Source: a virus (taxonomy: Duplodnaviria; Caudoviricetes). Taken from it: a stretch of DNA of 56,548 nucleotides. Position 1 is the first letter of the stretch. Every line of letters starts with the position of its first letter. Below the pieces are notes generated by a model. It made no database searches. It saw only the letters and a list, made by a program, of their open reading frames with translations, and had not been told where the DNA came from. This document shows positions 55,510 to 56,548 of this stretch, piece by piece. Where the stretch lies: the IMG/VR virus record IMGVR_UViG_3300042154_001807, positions 1 through 56,548 of that record; one strand, 5' to 3'. Both the position numbers and the translations under genes were made by a program.

Positions 55510-56548
55510 AAAATTAAATCGTCGAATACTTCTAGTCCACCATAAAAAGCACCGTAACCAGTAGCCCCTATTGGTACATGTATTTCCGTGACTGTTACCC
55601 CACTGAAGGCAGATAATGTTCCTAAGAGTGTTGGTGCTGTATCAGCGAGGCAGTTAATGACAGTGAATCCAGTGCAGTATTCAAACGCATAATCGCCAAT
55701 GGTCGTAACTGAATCTGGAATCGTTAGAGCACCTGTAAATCCAGTGCAGTTTTCAAACGCATACTCGCCAATGGTCGTAACTCCGTTACCAATCGTTAGA
55801 TCACCTGTGAATTGATAGCAGTAATAGAATGCATAATCGCCAATGGTCGTAACTGAATCTGGAATCGTTAGATTACCTGTAAATCCAGTGCAGTTTTCAA
55901 ACGCATGAACACCAATGCTAGTAACTCCGTTACCAATCGTTAGATCACCTGTAAATCCATAGCAGTCGAAGAATGCATAATCGCCAATGGTCGTAACTGA
56001 ATCTGGAATAGTTAAATCTCCAGTGAATTCAGTGCAGTTTTCAAATGCGTTGTTACCAATATCTGTAACTAAATTTCCAATAGTCAAATCTCCATCAAAT
56101 CCGCAACCATAAAATGCTGAGGCACCAATACTTGTAACTGAGTCTGGAATAATTAGGTCGCCTGTAAATGCAAACCCATAAAATGCACTAGAGGAAATAG
56201 TGGCAACATTGGCTCCAATAGTTAAGGTTCCATTAAAGTTGCATCCATAAAATGAATCAACACCAATATACGTAACTGAGTCTGGAATGATTAAGTTACC
56301 TGTGAAATTGCAGTCATAGAATGCGTTGTCACTAATAGCTGTCACCGATGTGCCAATGGTGAGCGTTCCTGCAAAGCTAGTGCAACCGTAGAACGCCGAG
56401 TTTGCGATAGTTGTAACTGTATTAGGAATGATTAGGTCGCCTGATATGTTAGTGCAGTATGCAAACGCACCATCGCCAATGCTAGTAACCGATGTGCCGA
56501 GGTCGAGTGAAGTTAAGCCAATGCATTGCTGAAATGCGTTAATCCCAA
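55506..56548 (-). CDS. C-terminal part of the BspA/TpLRR repeat protein
   Basis: Tandem 23-24 aa repeats TG.LTI(P/G)..VT.IG..AF..C..F with a capping 'IHVP.GA.GY'. Confidence 0.9.
   Translation of the reverse strand, partial: GINAFQQCIGLTSLDLGTSVTSIGDGAFAYCTNISGDLIIPNTVTTIANSAFYGCTSFAGTLTIGTSVTAISDNAFYDCNFTGNLIIPDSVTYIGVDSFYGCNFNGTLTIGANVATISSSAFYGFAFTGDLIIPDSVTSIGASAFYGCGFDGDLTIGNLVTDIGNNAFENCTEFTGDLTIPDSVTTIGDYAFFDCYGFTGDLTIGNGVTSIGVHAFENCTGFTGNLTIPDSVTTIGDYAFYYCYQFTGDLTIGNGVTTIGEYAFENCTGFTGALTIPDSVTTIGDYAFEYCTGFTVINCLADTAPTLLGTLSAFSGVTVTEIHVPIGATGYGAFYGGLEVFDDLIL

Noticed and set aside
55506-56548. Diversity-generating retroelement TR/VR pair from the two LRR copies
   Set aside because: No reverse transcriptase ORF was found, and the substitutions are not adenine-specific (T/C, G/C and T/G changes on the coding strand).
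1-56548. Alternative genetic code
   Set aside because: Long genes are intact and tightly packed under the standard code.

Overview
The window is an apparently complete ~56.3 kb circularly permuted dsDNA tailed-phage genome. Bases 147-273 are identical to the last 127 bases, and one LRR gene spans the join. The minus strand carries the virion, packaging and lysis genes: TerL, portal, scaffold, an N4-gp56/DUF4043-like capsid protein, adaptors, a 4818-aa polyvalent protein and a BspA-type LRR protein. I found no tape measure or sheath gene, so the phage is probably podovirus-like. The plus strand from 33.9 to 53.3 kb carries many small early genes and the recombination/replication genes (Sak4-like ATPase, RecE-like nuclease, DUF669, SF2 helicase, VRR-NUC, primase-helicase) plus a DUF2829/Tad2-like gene. 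A captured RpoD region-4 domain suggests a Verrucomicrobiota (PVC) host, which is an inference. The main finding is five complete and two partial integron attC-like sites in the early region (38.0-39.3 kb and 47.4-47.8 kb). They have canonical R''/L''/L'/R' spacing and extrahelical bases, and neighbouring sites have cassette-matched R boxes. All point opposite to the phage genes and are read through as protein or contain start codons, and I saw no IntI in the genome. Other findings are a repeated 'NAASLD' linker between modules of the giant protein, divergent LRR alleles at the contig ends, several unexplained structured RNAs, two atypical tRNAs, and a covarying hairpin behind repeated early promoters. 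All family assignments come from motif recognition by eye, not database searches.
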